The notes under the pieces were generated by a model, which saw only the letters and a list, made by a program, of their open reading frames with translations, made no database searches and was not told where the DNA came from. The position numbers were made by a program, and so were the translations under genes. A stretch of DNA of 64,000 bases from Anaerolineae bacterium. Lineage in GTDB: Bacteria; Chloroflexota; Anaerolineae; Promineifilales; Promineifilaceae. Shown piece after piece: positions 10,903 through 19,439 of the stretch. Every line of letters starts with the position of its first letter. Within the stretch, counting starts at the first letter, position 1. The stretch covers positions 55,956-119,955 of the forward strand of contig JAUIAP010000016.1 in assembly GCA_030425205.1 (NCBI GenBank), given 5' to 3'.

Positions 10903-10939
10903 CAGAGATTTAATCCATTCATTTCACAGGAGAGTCCGC

Positions 10940-11152
10940 ATGAGTAGCTCAAATTATGAGATTGTGATTTTTTACAGCGCAGAAGACCACGCCTATATTG
11001 CCGAAGCCCCCAAATTAACCGGCTGTGTCGCCGATGGCAAAACATGTGCCGAAGCATTGGCAAATGTCGATGTTGCGATCAAACAGTGGATGACCAGCGC
11101 AAAATCACAAGGCAAAAAACTTCCCAAACATCGACGGATAATGTTTGCCTAA
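10940..11152 (+). CDS. HicB-like antitoxin-fold protein (UPF0150-type), no visible partner
   Basis: 'YEIVIFYSAEDHAYIAEAPKLTGCVADGKTCAEALANVDVAIKQWMTSAKSQGKKLP' closely matches the usual HicB N-terminal domain pattern. RBS-like AGGAGAG lies upstream. Confidence 0.65.
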   Translation: MSSSNYEIVIFYSAEDHAYIAEAPKLTGCVADGKTCAEALANVDVAIKQWMTSAKSQGKKLPKHRRIMFA

Positions 11153-11314
11153 AACGTGCGCCGTTCGTTTTTAGTGCCGCTCTATACGTTCCGAAATTCC
11201 AAGCTACCAAATGGAAAGAGTCGATCTAGCGTGATGTAACCTCGCCCTGTTCTGTAAAGAAAAAGTCAGTGGTGAGAATTCAGGTTTTATTTGAATAGAG
11301 TACGCTACAATTGA

Positions 11315-12448
11315 ATGAAAATAGAAGAACTCACACTGGTTGTGGGTTCTTTTTTATCTATGAAATCAATGCTCGGCGTGCTGGCGCGTATACCAGCGTT
11401 TCAACTTTATCGTGCAACGGGGTGGCCAAAAATGATGCCACTCAACATTACGCTTTCGCCCTCACCCAAATGTAATTCACGCTGTTTGACGTGTAACATT
11501 TGGATGAAACGCGAGAATGAGCTTACGCTTGAGGAATGGGATAAGGTGTTGGCCTCGCTCGGCCCCGCACCCTATTGGTTCACGATCAGCGGCGGCGAAC
11601 CCCTGATGTACCCCAAGATCGTCGAGCTGGCGATTTTGGCCTACAAACATTGCAAGCCGGGCATTATCAACATTCCGACCAATGGCATTTTGAAGAGTGG
11701 CCCTGAACGGGTCGAGCGGATTTTGCAGGAATGTCCCGATAGTCAGTTGATTATCAATTTATCACTTGACGGTGTAGGCGAAAAGCACGACTTTATTCGC
11801 GGCGTTGCCAATAATTTTGAGAAGTTTGAGGAGCGACTTGAGCAGTACCTCGAACTCAAGAAAAAGTACAAGAATTTGGCGGTGGGCATCCATTCGGTTG
11901 TGTCAACCTTTAACGTACATGATCTGGATGAGTTGATCGACTATGCAGATCGGTCGGCGGCCGACCAGTTTATCACCGAGATCGCAGAGCCACGTGTCGA
12001 ATTGGATACGGTTGGGTTGCCGATCACGCCAGACCCCGCCGCGTATGCTGAGGCGATTGATAAGCTGATCGCCTATGTTGAAAGCAAGCAATTTAAAGGC
12101 ATCAGCAAAATTACAGAGGCGTTTCGCATCGAGTATTACAAGTTGGTCAAGCGCATTTTAGATGAGCAAGATCAGGTGATCGCCTGTTATGCTGGTTGGG
12201 CAAGTGCACAAATTTACGCCGACGGAACGGTGTGGCCGTGCTGTGTGCGGGCGGATGATTTGGGGAATTTGCGGGATCATGATTATGATTTCGGCCGAAT
12301 TTGGCATGGTGACGCAATCAAAGAGGTGCGCCGCAGTATCCGCGATAAAGAGTGCCACTGTCCGTTGGCAAATGCCTCCTATACAAACCTGCTGCACGAC
12401 GTTCCGACCATGGGGCGCATCAGTCTAAAAGTTCTCAATGTCAAGTGA
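11315..12448 (+). CDS. Radical SAM protein with C-terminal SPASM-type Cys cluster
   Basis: The CxxxCxxC motif is 'CNSRCLTCNIW', followed by 'ISGGEPLM'. C-terminal Cys-rich segments are 'CYAGW..GTVWPCCVR' and 'CHCPLANAS'. An alternative start is at 11360. Confidence 0.75.
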   Translation: MKIEELTLVVGSFLSMKSMLGVLARIPAFQLYRATGWPKMMPLNITLSPSPKCNSRCLTCNIWMKRENELTLEEWDKVLASLGPAPYWFTISGGEPLMYPKIVELAILAYKHCKPGIINIPTNGILKSGPERVERILQECPDSQLIINLSLDGVGEKHDFIRGVANNFEKFEERLEQYLELKKKYKNLAVGIHSVVSTFNVHDLDELIDYADRSAADQFITEIAEPRVELDTVGLPITPDPAAYAEAIDKLIAYVESKQFKGISKITEAFRIEYYKLVKRILDEQDQVIACYAGWASAQIYADGTVWPCCVRADDLGNLRDHDYDFGRIWHGDAIKEVRRSIRDKECHCPLANASYTNLLHDVPTMGRISLKVLNVK

Positions 12449-12567
12449 GAGCTGTGTCGCTGGAACAGTATGTACAAACAGTTTGCAATAGCTTGGTAGC
12501 CAGCATGAGGCGACATTGGCAAAGTGGTGGCAACAATCTTTGCTGCCAACGCAATGATGAGGAAAAG

Positions 12568-12855
12568 ATGGCATTCGATTGGTTAAACAAATTTCAGAAA
12601 GCACAGACAAAGGCTCCCAACTACGCGGAGAAAACGCTGGCGGCCTACAAACTCGGGATGAAGGCAAAAGGATCAATTGCGGGGGTGAGGGTAGCTACTT
12701 CTCCCCAATCTTGTTCTGCCGCCCAAGCGATTGATGCGACAGAAATTTATCATCCCGACGAGGCGCCCCATCTCCCCCTCGCCGACTGTCCCCACGCGCA
12801 GACGTGCCAATGCGTCTACCGTCCCGTCATGAAGTACGAAGTCGAAGAGAAGTGA
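12568..12855 (+). CDS. Small Cys-containing hypothetical protein (95 aa)
   Basis: The ATG at 12568 is preceded by GAGGAAAAG. The longest ORF (from 12352) would overlap the radical-SAM gene. The C-terminus reads 'SCSAAQAIDATEIYHPDEAPHLPLADCPHAQTCQCVYRP' (C-x24-C-x6-C-x-C). I recognise no family. Confidence 0.4.
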   Translation: MAFDWLNKFQKAQTKAPNYAEKTLAAYKLGMKAKGSIAGVRVATSPQSCSAAQAIDATEIYHPDEAPHLPLADCPHAQTCQCVYRPVMKYEVEEK

Positions 12856-12938
12856 ACAGTTGACGGTGAACCGTGAATAGTTGACAGCACGCCTGTTTTC
12901 TGTTTACTGTCCACAGCCAACTGATCACTGTTTACTGA
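12852..12938. repeat. Heptad-periodic hairpin repeat, family B copy 1 (GTGAACA-type units)
   Basis: The left arm GTGAACA GTTGACG GTGAACC GTGAATA GTTGACA faces the right arm TGTTTTC TGTTTAC TGTCCAC AGCCAAC TGATCAC TGTTTAC, whose units are reverse complements of GTNNACA. It lies immediately 5' of the SDR gene ATG. Confidence 0.75.
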
Positions 12939-12940
12939 TA

Positions 12941-14647
12941 ATGAAAGTAGCAGTTACAGGTGCAACAGGATTTTTAGGCGCGGCAATTTGTCACGCGCTC
13001 GTTGCGGCGGGGCATGAAGTCGTCGCCATTGTGCGCGGCACGTCAGATCGCTGGCGACTGGATGGGTTAGATGTGACCTATCGCATTGGGGACGTGACTG
13101 TTCCCACAACGCTGCCCGACGCGCTGGCGGGGTGCGATTGGCTGGTTCATGCAGCGGGTCGCTTGGGTGAATTTGGCATCAGTGAGGAAGCATACACGCG
13201 CCTGCATGTTGAGGGAACACGCAATGTTTTGGAGGCGGCACGTGGGTTGTCGCGTGTTTTGGTGGTGAGTAGTCCCGGCGTGCTGGGATCTGGGGAGATA
13301 CGCGGAGAATCGGCTGAATATGCCCCCACCAACCGCTATGAGCGCAGCAAAGCCGCCGCCGAAAAGGTCTCCCTTACCTACCCAAACGCCATCATCGTGC
13401 GGCCCGAATTTGTTTATGGAGAAGGGGATCTGCACGTATTGGGTCTCTTTAATGCGGTCAAATCGGGTCGGATTTTCTTGATTGACGGGGGCAGAAGCAC
13501 CTGCCACCCAACCCACATCGCGGACGCAGTGCGCGGCATGCTATTGGCTCTCGAAAAGGGCAAAACGGGTGAAATCTATCACATTACGGGGCAAGAGCCT
13601 GTCCCGATGCGCCAATTTTTGCGCGACATCGCCGCCGTTTTGGACGTGCCAGAGCCAACCGTTAGCCTGCCTCGTTTTGTCATGCAACCAGCCGCCAAGC
13701 TGCTCGAAATTGTTGGAGAAAAAACGGGTATTACGCCACCGCTGACAACCTCCGCCGTCGATTTTTTCAGCACAAGCTACCGCTTCTCTTCTGAAAAGGC
13801 GCAACGCGAATTGGGTTACACGCCGCAAGTCGATCTGCGTCAAGGATTACGCCGCACGGCCGCATGGTATCGCGCGCATGGCTATCTAGGAGCACAAGCG
13901 ACTTGGGCGCGTGCCATCAACGAACTGTATCCGCTCGCCTTAGCCGAAGGGGAAGGGGTCGGCACGGCTTATGAATATTTCGTCAAGCGGCGCGCATTGC
14001 AGAAGTTTCTGATCCACAAACAGCCCCAAAGCATGTTGATCGCGGGACTGCCGCAAGTTTACGGGCATAGCAGCGACTTCCTTTTGCTGGCGCAAGAGTT
14101 GGGGGCCACGTTAACCGTCGTTGATGAGCGTGCCGAGAAGTTGGAGGCGACCAAGGTGTTGCTGGCTCAACTGCAAGCCGACGGGCGACTGGTTGGCTTG
14201 CCCGTCACGTTTAAGCAGGTTGATTGGCGCGAGCCGTTGCCATTTGCGGAGGGCGAATTTGATTTGGTAGTCTCGTCAGAGGTGATTCAGCGCATGGACG
14301 CGCCAGAGCGTGAGTTGTTTGCACAAGAGGTTCAGCGTGTGGGACGGCATTTCGCGATCTTTTGTCCCAATCAGGACAACGCATCACACGTCGGCCGATC
14401 TGGACTCAACGGCCTCACCTTAGCTGCCTTGCGTGGTCATTTTCCACAAAGTGAGATGAGTGGACTGATCGATATGCCGCCGTTTCCACCGGGAATTGCG
14501 TTGTCTGAAGAACAGAGGGAATCGGCCGAATCTGGCATGATTCAACAGATTGGCATGTGGGGTCTACAGCAGTACAGTCGATTTGAAGCGTTATTGCCGA
14601 CAAATGTGCGCGCACAATACGCGCATATCGTCTACGTTTTCCGCTGA
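12941..14647 (+). CDS. NAD-dependent epimerase/dehydratase (extended SDR) fused to a C-terminal methyltransferase-like Rossmann domain
   Basis: The start 'MKVAVTGATGFLGAAICHALVAAGHEV' carries GxxGxxG at the N-terminus, and 'YERSKAAAE' supplies the YxxxK motif. The C-terminal half has 'LTVVDERAEKL' and 'FDLVVSSEVIQRM', like a class I methyltransferase. I prefer the ATG at 12941 to the TTG at 12881, which lies inside the repeat. Confidence 0.7.
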   Translation: MKVAVTGATGFLGAAICHALVAAGHEVVAIVRGTSDRWRLDGLDVTYRIGDVTVPTTLPDALAGCDWLVHAAGRLGEFGISEEAYTRLHVEGTRNVLEAARGLSRVLVVSSPGVLGSGEIRGESAEYAPTNRYERSKAAAEKVSLTYPNAIIVRPEFVYGEGDLHVLGLFNAVKSGRIFLIDGGRSTCHPTHIADAVRGMLLALEKGKTGEIYHITGQEPVPMRQFLRDIAAVLDVPEPTVSLPRFVMQPAAKLLEIVGEKTGITPPLTTSAVDFFSTSYRFSSEKAQRELGYTPQVDLRQGLRRTAAWYRAHGYLGAQATWARAINELYPLALAEGEGVGTAYEYFVKRRALQKFLIHKQPQSMLIAGLPQVYGHSSDFLLLAQELGATLTVVDERAEKLEATKVLLAQLQADGRLVGLPVTFKQVDWREPLPFAEGEFDLVVSSEVIQRMDAPERELFAQEVQRVGRHFAIFCPNQDNASHVGRSGLNGLTLAALRGHFPQSEMSGLIDMPPFPPGIALSEEQRESAESGMIQQIGMWGLQQYSRFEALLPTNVRAQYAHIVYVFR

Positions 14648-14649
14648 GC

Positions 14650-15000
14650 TTAGCTCGGCCACTCTGCGCCATCGTAGTAGCGCGTGCCGCGATGCCCTTT
14701 TTTGGCGACGGGTGGATCAAGCTTCTCGCCGGGACACGCCACCATGATCAAGGTGCGTGGTTTGCCTGATGAGGGATTGACCGAGCCATTGGGGATGATT
14801 TCGGTGATCTTACATCGGCCGATTAATTCATCCCCATAGATCGTGTAGACATAATCCCCGACATGCAAGCGCGACGGCTTCCCCGCCATGTGAAATTCAA
14901 ACGCGCTCAGCGTGCCATCATATAAACCCTGCGCCGCTTCACCGTGTGCCTTCTGAATCGTCTTTGTAATTCCGTGCAAATTCTCGCTAGTCATCACCAA
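14650..15000 (-). CDS. Hypothetical protein (116 aa), downstream of and overlapping lepA
   Basis: This clean ORF has a start that overlaps the lepA stop by 14 nt, suggesting operon coupling. I recognise no motif. A small beta-barrel (PUA/ASCH-like) fold is only a guess. Confidence 0.45.
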   Translation of the reverse strand: MVMTSENLHGITKTIQKAHGEAAQGLYDGTLSAFEFHMAGKPSRLHVGDYVYTIYGDELIGRCKITEIIPNGSVNPSSGKPRTLIMVACPGEKLDPPVAKKGHRGTRYYDGAEWPS

Positions 15001-16792
15001 TCCTCAATACGGACATAAACGCCTCTTGCGGCACTTCAACTGAGCCGATCATCTTCATGCGCTTCTTACCCTTTTTCTGCTTTTCAAGCAATTTTTTCTT
15101 GCGTGTAATGTCACCGCCATAACATTTAGCGGTCACATCCTTGCGCATCGCCCGAACATTGGCACGGCTGATAATCATTTTGCCAACGGCTGCCTGAATT
15201 GGAACTTCAAACATTTGGCGTGGAATTTTGTCCTTCAGCGCGGTGACCAGTCGCTGTCCGCGCCGATAGGCGTCGTCCTTGTGAACGATCATCGTCAGTG
15301 CATCCACCTCTTGCTTATTCACCAAAACTTCGAGCTTCACTAGATTGCTGGCGCGATAGCCGAGCAAATCGTAATCCATCGAGGCATAACCACGTGTAAC
15401 GCTTTTGAGCTTGTCATAGAAGTCGATAATCAGTTCACCCAGCGGAATGTCATAGTTGAATACAATGCGCCCCTCGGCCGGATACTCTTGACTGATCAAC
15501 TCGCCGCGTCGTCGCGTCGCCAAATCCATGATAACCCCATAATACTCGTCGGGGGTGAAAATCTGCACGCGCATCCATGGCTCGCGGATTTCGACATATT
15601 CACCTTCAGCAGGTAAATCGGCGGGGCTGCTCACCTCTTGCACATCCCCGTTGGGCGCGACGATTTCGTAGCGCACGCTGGGTGCAGTCGCCGTGATGTC
15701 GAGATCGTATTCGCGCTCAAGTCGTTCTTGCACGATTTCCATATGGAAGAGGCCGAGAAAACCGACGCGAAAGCCGAAGTTGAGTGCGTTAGAAACTTCG
15801 GGTTCATAGACGAGCGCGGCATCGTTAAGTTGCAGCTTTTCGAGCGCATCGCGCAAATCTTCAAAATCCTCGTTGTTGGTTGGGAAAAAGCCTGCATAGA
15901 CCATTGGCTTGGCGGGTTGATAGCCAGGCAAGGCTGCGGCCGATGGATTTTTCTTTAAGGTGATCGTGTCCCCAACGCGACATTCACGCACATCTTTCAG
16001 ACCCGTTGCGATGTAGCCGACTTCACCCGATGAGAGCGATTTTGTCGCCTTCATCACGGGTTCAAACACACCAATCTCAATCGGTTCAACCTCGACGTCG
16101 TTTGACATCATCCGCACAATCTCGCGGTCGTTAATGTGGCCCTCAAAGACACGCACATAGGCGATCACGCCCTTATAGCTATCATAATGGGAGTCGAAAA
16201 TGAGGGCGCGGAGCGGCTTGTCAACTGACCCCTCAGGCGGTGGAATGCGCTCCACAACCGCCTCTAAAATCGCCCCTACGTTTTCGCCCGTCTTGGCACT
16301 AACAGGAATACAGTCGAGTGCATCGATCCCCGTGATCGCCTCCACCTCTTCAGCCACATCGTCGGGCAGCGCGGCCGGCAGGTCGATTTTGTTGATGACG
16401 GGAATAATTTCAAGATCGGCGTCAACCGCCAAATATAGATTCGCCAGCGTCTGCGCTTCGACCCCTTGCGTGGCATCGACAACTAAAATTGCTCCCTCAC
16501 ACCCCTGCAATGCGCGGCTAACTTCATAGCCAAAATCGACGTGACCGGGTGTGTCGATCAGGTTCATAATGTACTGTTCGCCATCATTGGCGGTGTACTT
16601 CATGCGGACGGCGGATGCCTTAATGGTGACACCTTTTTCGCGTTCCAAATCCATGCTGTCGAGCAACTGCTCTTGCATGTCGCGGTCGGCGACGGTGTCG
16701 GTCATTTGAAGCAAGCGATCGGCAAGCGTTGACTTGCCGTGATCAATGTGGGCGATAATACAGAAATTGCGAATTTTAGACTGATCGAGCAT
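14987..16792 (-). CDS. lepA: Translation elongation factor 4 (LepA)
   Basis: 'IRNFCIIAHIDHGKSTLADRLL', 'DTPGHVDF' and 'NKIDL' are present, with a C-terminus of 'KKLLEKQKKGKKRMK' type. The start is taken at MLDQSKIRNF (16792) rather than the longest ORF start (16834). Confidence 0.97.
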   Translation of the reverse strand: MLDQSKIRNFCIIAHIDHGKSTLADRLLQMTDTVADRDMQEQLLDSMDLEREKGVTIKASAVRMKYTANDGEQYIMNLIDTPGHVDFGYEVSRALQGCEGAILVVDATQGVEAQTLANLYLAVDADLEIIPVINKIDLPAALPDDVAEEVEAITGIDALDCIPVSAKTGENVGAILEAVVERIPPPEGSVDKPLRALIFDSHYDSYKGVIAYVRVFEGHINDREIVRMMSNDVEVEPIEIGVFEPVMKATKSLSSGEVGYIATGLKDVRECRVGDTITLKKNPSAAALPGYQPAKPMVYAGFFPTNNEDFEDLRDALEKLQLNDAALVYEPEVSNALNFGFRVGFLGLFHMEIVQERLEREYDLDITATAPSVRYEIVAPNGDVQEVSSPADLPAEGEYVEIREPWMRVQIFTPDEYYGVIMDLATRRRGELISQEYPAEGRIVFNYDIPLGELIIDFYDKLKSVTRGYASMDYDLLGYRASNLVKLEVLVNKQEVDALTMIVHKDDAYRRGQRLVTALKDKIPRQMFEVPIQAAVGKMIISRANVRAMRKDVTAKCYGGDITRKKKLLEKQKKGKKRMKMIGSVEVPQEAFMSVLRIGDD

Positions 16793-16930
16793 AGGGAGAT
16801 TATAGCATACTGGAGGAGGTAAACAGTTTATCAACCATCCGCTAACCAGCGGCAGGCGAGTTCATACGGATTGCTGTTTACTGGTTCTATCCACTACTAA
16901 TAGATTTCTTTTACAAAAGACCATATAGTT

Positions 16931-16946
16931 ACGTTACCGATAACGT
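16931..16946. promoter_or_regulatory. Putative LacI-family operator (imperfect 16-bp palindrome)
   Basis: ACGTTACCGATAACGT has 7 of 8 symmetric pairs and a central CG. It ends 25 nt upstream of the LacI-family gene ATG. Confidence 0.4.
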
Positions 16947-16971
16947 GACGGTATGGAGCAGTAACAAGATC

Positions 16972-18021
16972 ATGAAGAAACGAATAACGATCGGTGACAT
17001 CGCAATAGCCGCTGGTGTTTCAAAGCAGACGGTATCACGAGCCATCAACGACAAAGATGAGATCAGTTTAGAGACAAAAGAGCGCATTATGCAACTGGTG
17101 CGTGAATTGGGCTATCGGCCGAATCGTCTCGCCCAAGCGATGAATAGCCAGCGCACGCGCATGGTTGGCCTAGTCGTTTCTGATATCACAAACGCCTTCT
17201 TCCCAGAAATAGCGCGTGGCGCACAAGACGCAGCGATGGCGCAAGATTACACGATTCTGATCGTTAACACCGATGAAAGTGCTGACCGAGAAATACAGAT
17301 GTTGGAACTGCTGGCGGCCCAGTCGGTTGATGGGATTATCTCCTTCACACACCAAATGACCGATCGACAGTTGCTCGATTTTGCGGATGGATTTCGGCCG
17401 ATTGTGATGATCAATCGCAACATCGAACATCCAAACATTAGCCGCATCATGGTTGACAACGGTCGGGGCGCGGAAATGGCCGTCGAACATCTCATCGAAC
17501 AAGGTCATCAACACATCGCCATGTTAAGCAACATAACGTTCGCACCCGGCCACGTGCGGCGCGTGCAAGGCTATTTGCGTGCCTTGAGCCGCCATCAGCT
17601 CCCCGACTATCTGCACAGCACAAACGCCTCAAGTGACGGTGGTTACAATGGCACCATCGCCTTGTTAGGCAACCATCCCCATGTGACCGCTATCTTTTGT
17701 TACAACGACATGATGGCAATTGGCGCATTGCGTGCGTGCCAAGCGACTGGCCGGCGCGTGCCAGAGGATATTGCCATCGTCGGGTTTGACGACATCCAGC
17801 TCATCTCAATGATCACCCCATCGCTCTCTTCGATTCACGTCGATAAGTATGAAATTGGCAAATTGGCATTCATGCGCGTGCTTGAACTGCTCGAAGATGA
17901 CACAAGAAAAGCAGGTGCCATCACATTAGAACCCTCAATCAAGGTGCGCGAATCATCCCAACGCCAATCGCAGCCTAAGATGCAGGTGCGTCAAGTCAAT
18001 TCTAGATCAACCTCTTCATAA
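16972..18021 (+). CDS. LacI-family transcriptional regulator
   Basis: The N-terminal HTH is 'ITIGDIAIAAGVSKQTVSRAINDK', followed by a periplasmic-binding-protein-like sugar-binding fold ('IVGFDDI'). The start is taken at MKKRITIGDI. Confidence 0.9.
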   Translation: MKKRITIGDIAIAAGVSKQTVSRAINDKDEISLETKERIMQLVRELGYRPNRLAQAMNSQRTRMVGLVVSDITNAFFPEIARGAQDAAMAQDYTILIVNTDESADREIQMLELLAAQSVDGIISFTHQMTDRQLLDFADGFRPIVMINRNIEHPNISRIMVDNGRGAEMAVEHLIEQGHQHIAMLSNITFAPGHVRRVQGYLRALSRHQLPDYLHSTNASSDGGYNGTIALLGNHPHVTAIFCYNDMMAIGALRACQATGRRVPEDIAIVGFDDIQLISMITPSLSSIHVDKYEIGKLAFMRVLELLEDDTRKAGAITLEPSIKVRESSQRQSQPKMQVRQVNSRSTSS

Positions 18022-19241
18022 ACAGCATAGGCACGAAAGCCAAGCTGCAACGCCCGCGCACGGATGGCGGGGAATTTTGCGGTTGGTTGAGTCAACAGCA
18101 GCACGGGATTGTAACCAGCACGCACAAGTCGATGTAACGCGGCGGTCGTTGTGATGTCCCCATTGGGTGTGAGGATAAAGATGGTCGTTCCCCAGCCCAG
18201 TTTGAGTGTGGCGTGGGCGATAAATTGAAAGAGTGGTTGCGATGGGCAGCTTTCAACCCGCGCCAAAAGCTGCAAAATGTTCATTAAGTGGGGGTGACCC
18301 GTGCGGACAGGAATAGTGTTGCCGTGTTGCGTGGGGGAATCGGCCGAATTTGCCAATATCCGTCCTGTCCCCTCGTCAAAATTGACCGCATCGCCGCCCA
18401 ATGGATCAAACCCATTTGTCACCAGTCCAACCGCTTGCCGCCGCTCGCTACAGTGCGCGGCTAAAGAGGACGCTGCCGTAATCGCCCACTCAACGCGGTC
18501 GTGCAGACCGCGCCGTTCATAGTTATCATCGTTCAGATCGAGCAGGATAAAGGCCTGTAGCGAAATAGCGGGTTCGAGTGTTTTGACCATCAATCCCCCG
18601 CCCGCGCCAGCTTGCGATCGTGCGGACACCTTCCAGTTGATATGGCGCAAACTATCGCCAGCCCGATATTCACGCACGCCAATCGGCCGAGCTGGATCGG
18701 CATACAGCCGTTGATTGCTAACCAGCGTGCCAAACGGCAGACGCGAGGGTAGACGTAGCTGTTCGATTGGCACGATATGGGGATAAACGGTTAAGTATTG
18801 TGCGGGAAAGGTGGCCTCAATATTTTGAAAGCCAAAGATGTCGCCCGATTCGAGCTTGAGCGGCCCGATGCGATAGTAGCCGCGACGCATGGCACGCGCC
18901 GTATAGTGAAATTCGGCCGAATCCATCCCCCCCAATGCAACCGCCGTATTTAAATCTGTCCCGCTGCGCAGTTGCAACGGCGTCATTTCACGTAGCCGCA
19001 GCCACGTCAACGGCAAGCGGCTTTGATTTTCTACCGTCAACGTAATCGGGACTTCTTCTCCCAAAAAAGCGTTTGGGGCAAAAGCACGACTGATATGCAG
19101 TTTTGTAATTGAACGCGGAACTTGCCAGCGCGAATAAAGATAGAGTGCAGCGAGAACGTAGGCAACGTAGAAGATGAAGCTGACACGCAACAGGCCAGCA
19201 ATTAATAAGATAACGAGGATAAGCAGGGGAAGGCGTTTCAA
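17991..19241 (-). CDS. DUF58 domain protein with N-terminal membrane anchor
   Basis: The two-helix N-terminus is 'LLILVILLIAGLL..FIFYVAYVLAALYLY'. The DUF58 signature is 'VREYRAGDSLRHINWKVSARS'. The 3' end overlaps the convergent LacI gene by 31 nt. Confidence 0.75.
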   Translation of the reverse strand: MKRLPLLILVILLIAGLLRVSFIFYVAYVLAALYLYSRWQVPRSITKLHISRAFAPNAFLGEEVPITLTVENQSRLPLTWLRLREMTPLQLRSGTDLNTAVALGGMDSAEFHYTARAMRRGYYRIGPLKLESGDIFGFQNIEATFPAQYLTVYPHIVPIEQLRLPSRLPFGTLVSNQRLYADPARPIGVREYRAGDSLRHINWKVSARSQAGAGGGLMVKTLEPAISLQAFILLDLNDDNYERRGLHDRVEWAITAASSLAAHCSERRQAVGLVTNGFDPLGGDAVNFDEGTGRILANSADSPTQHGNTIPVRTGHPHLMNILQLLARVESCPSQPLFQFIAHATLKLGWGTTIFILTPNGDITTTAALHRLVRAGYNPVLLLTQPTAKFPAIRARALQLGFRAYAVYEEVDLELT

Positions 19242-19270
19242 AAGATAACCTTTTAACCAAAGCTAGATGC

Positions 19271-19295
19271 AAAAAAGCCGCTCAACTTGAGCGGC
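19271..19295 (-). terminator. Intrinsic terminator downstream of tRNA-fMet
   Basis: On the minus strand the sequence reads GCCGCTCA-AGT-TGAGCGGC followed by TTTTTT. Confidence 0.8.
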
Positions 19296-19303
19296 CATTG
19301 CGA

Positions 19304-19375
19304 TTGCGGGGACAGGATTCGAACCTGCGACCTCCGGGTTATGAGCCCGACGAGCTGCCTCTGCTCTACCCCGCG
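19304..19375 (-). tRNA. Initiator tRNA-Met (anticodon CAT), CCA not encoded
   Basis: The minus strand reads CGCGGGGTAGAGCAGAGGCAGCTCGTCGGGCTCATAACCCGGAGGTCGCAGGTTCGAATCCTGTCCCCGCAA. It has a C1-A72 mismatch and three G-C pairs closing the anticodon stem (GGG/CCC). It is near-identical in pattern to E. coli tRNA-fMet. Confidence 0.92.
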
Positions 19376-19439
19376 TCACTTGAAAGAGAGTATAGCAACA
19401 GGTCGGGAGGAAGCCAAAAAGTCAAATACGAAACTTACA

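Noticed and set aside
10940-11229. A HicAB toxin-antitoxin module
   Set aside because: Only a HicB-like ORF is present. The flanking small ORF (11044-11229) overlaps it out of frame and has no HicA features (no dsRBD-like GSH motif). I therefore report an orphan HicB-fold gene, not a TA system.
12352-12567. The 5' extension of the small Cys-protein ORF overlapping the radical SAM gene
   Set aside because: The extension lies inside the radical SAM coding frame region and lacks an RBS. The internal ATG at 12568 with GAGGAAAAG is the more plausible start.
17991-19241. DUF58 as part of a MoxR-vWA (Bat-like) operon, possibly linked to the vWA gene at 21858
   Set aside because: No MoxR ATPase is adjacent. 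The vWA gene is 2.6 kb away on the opposite strand, behind its own promoter, and is separated by a tRNA and an oxidase gene. I see no evidence of functional linkage in this window.
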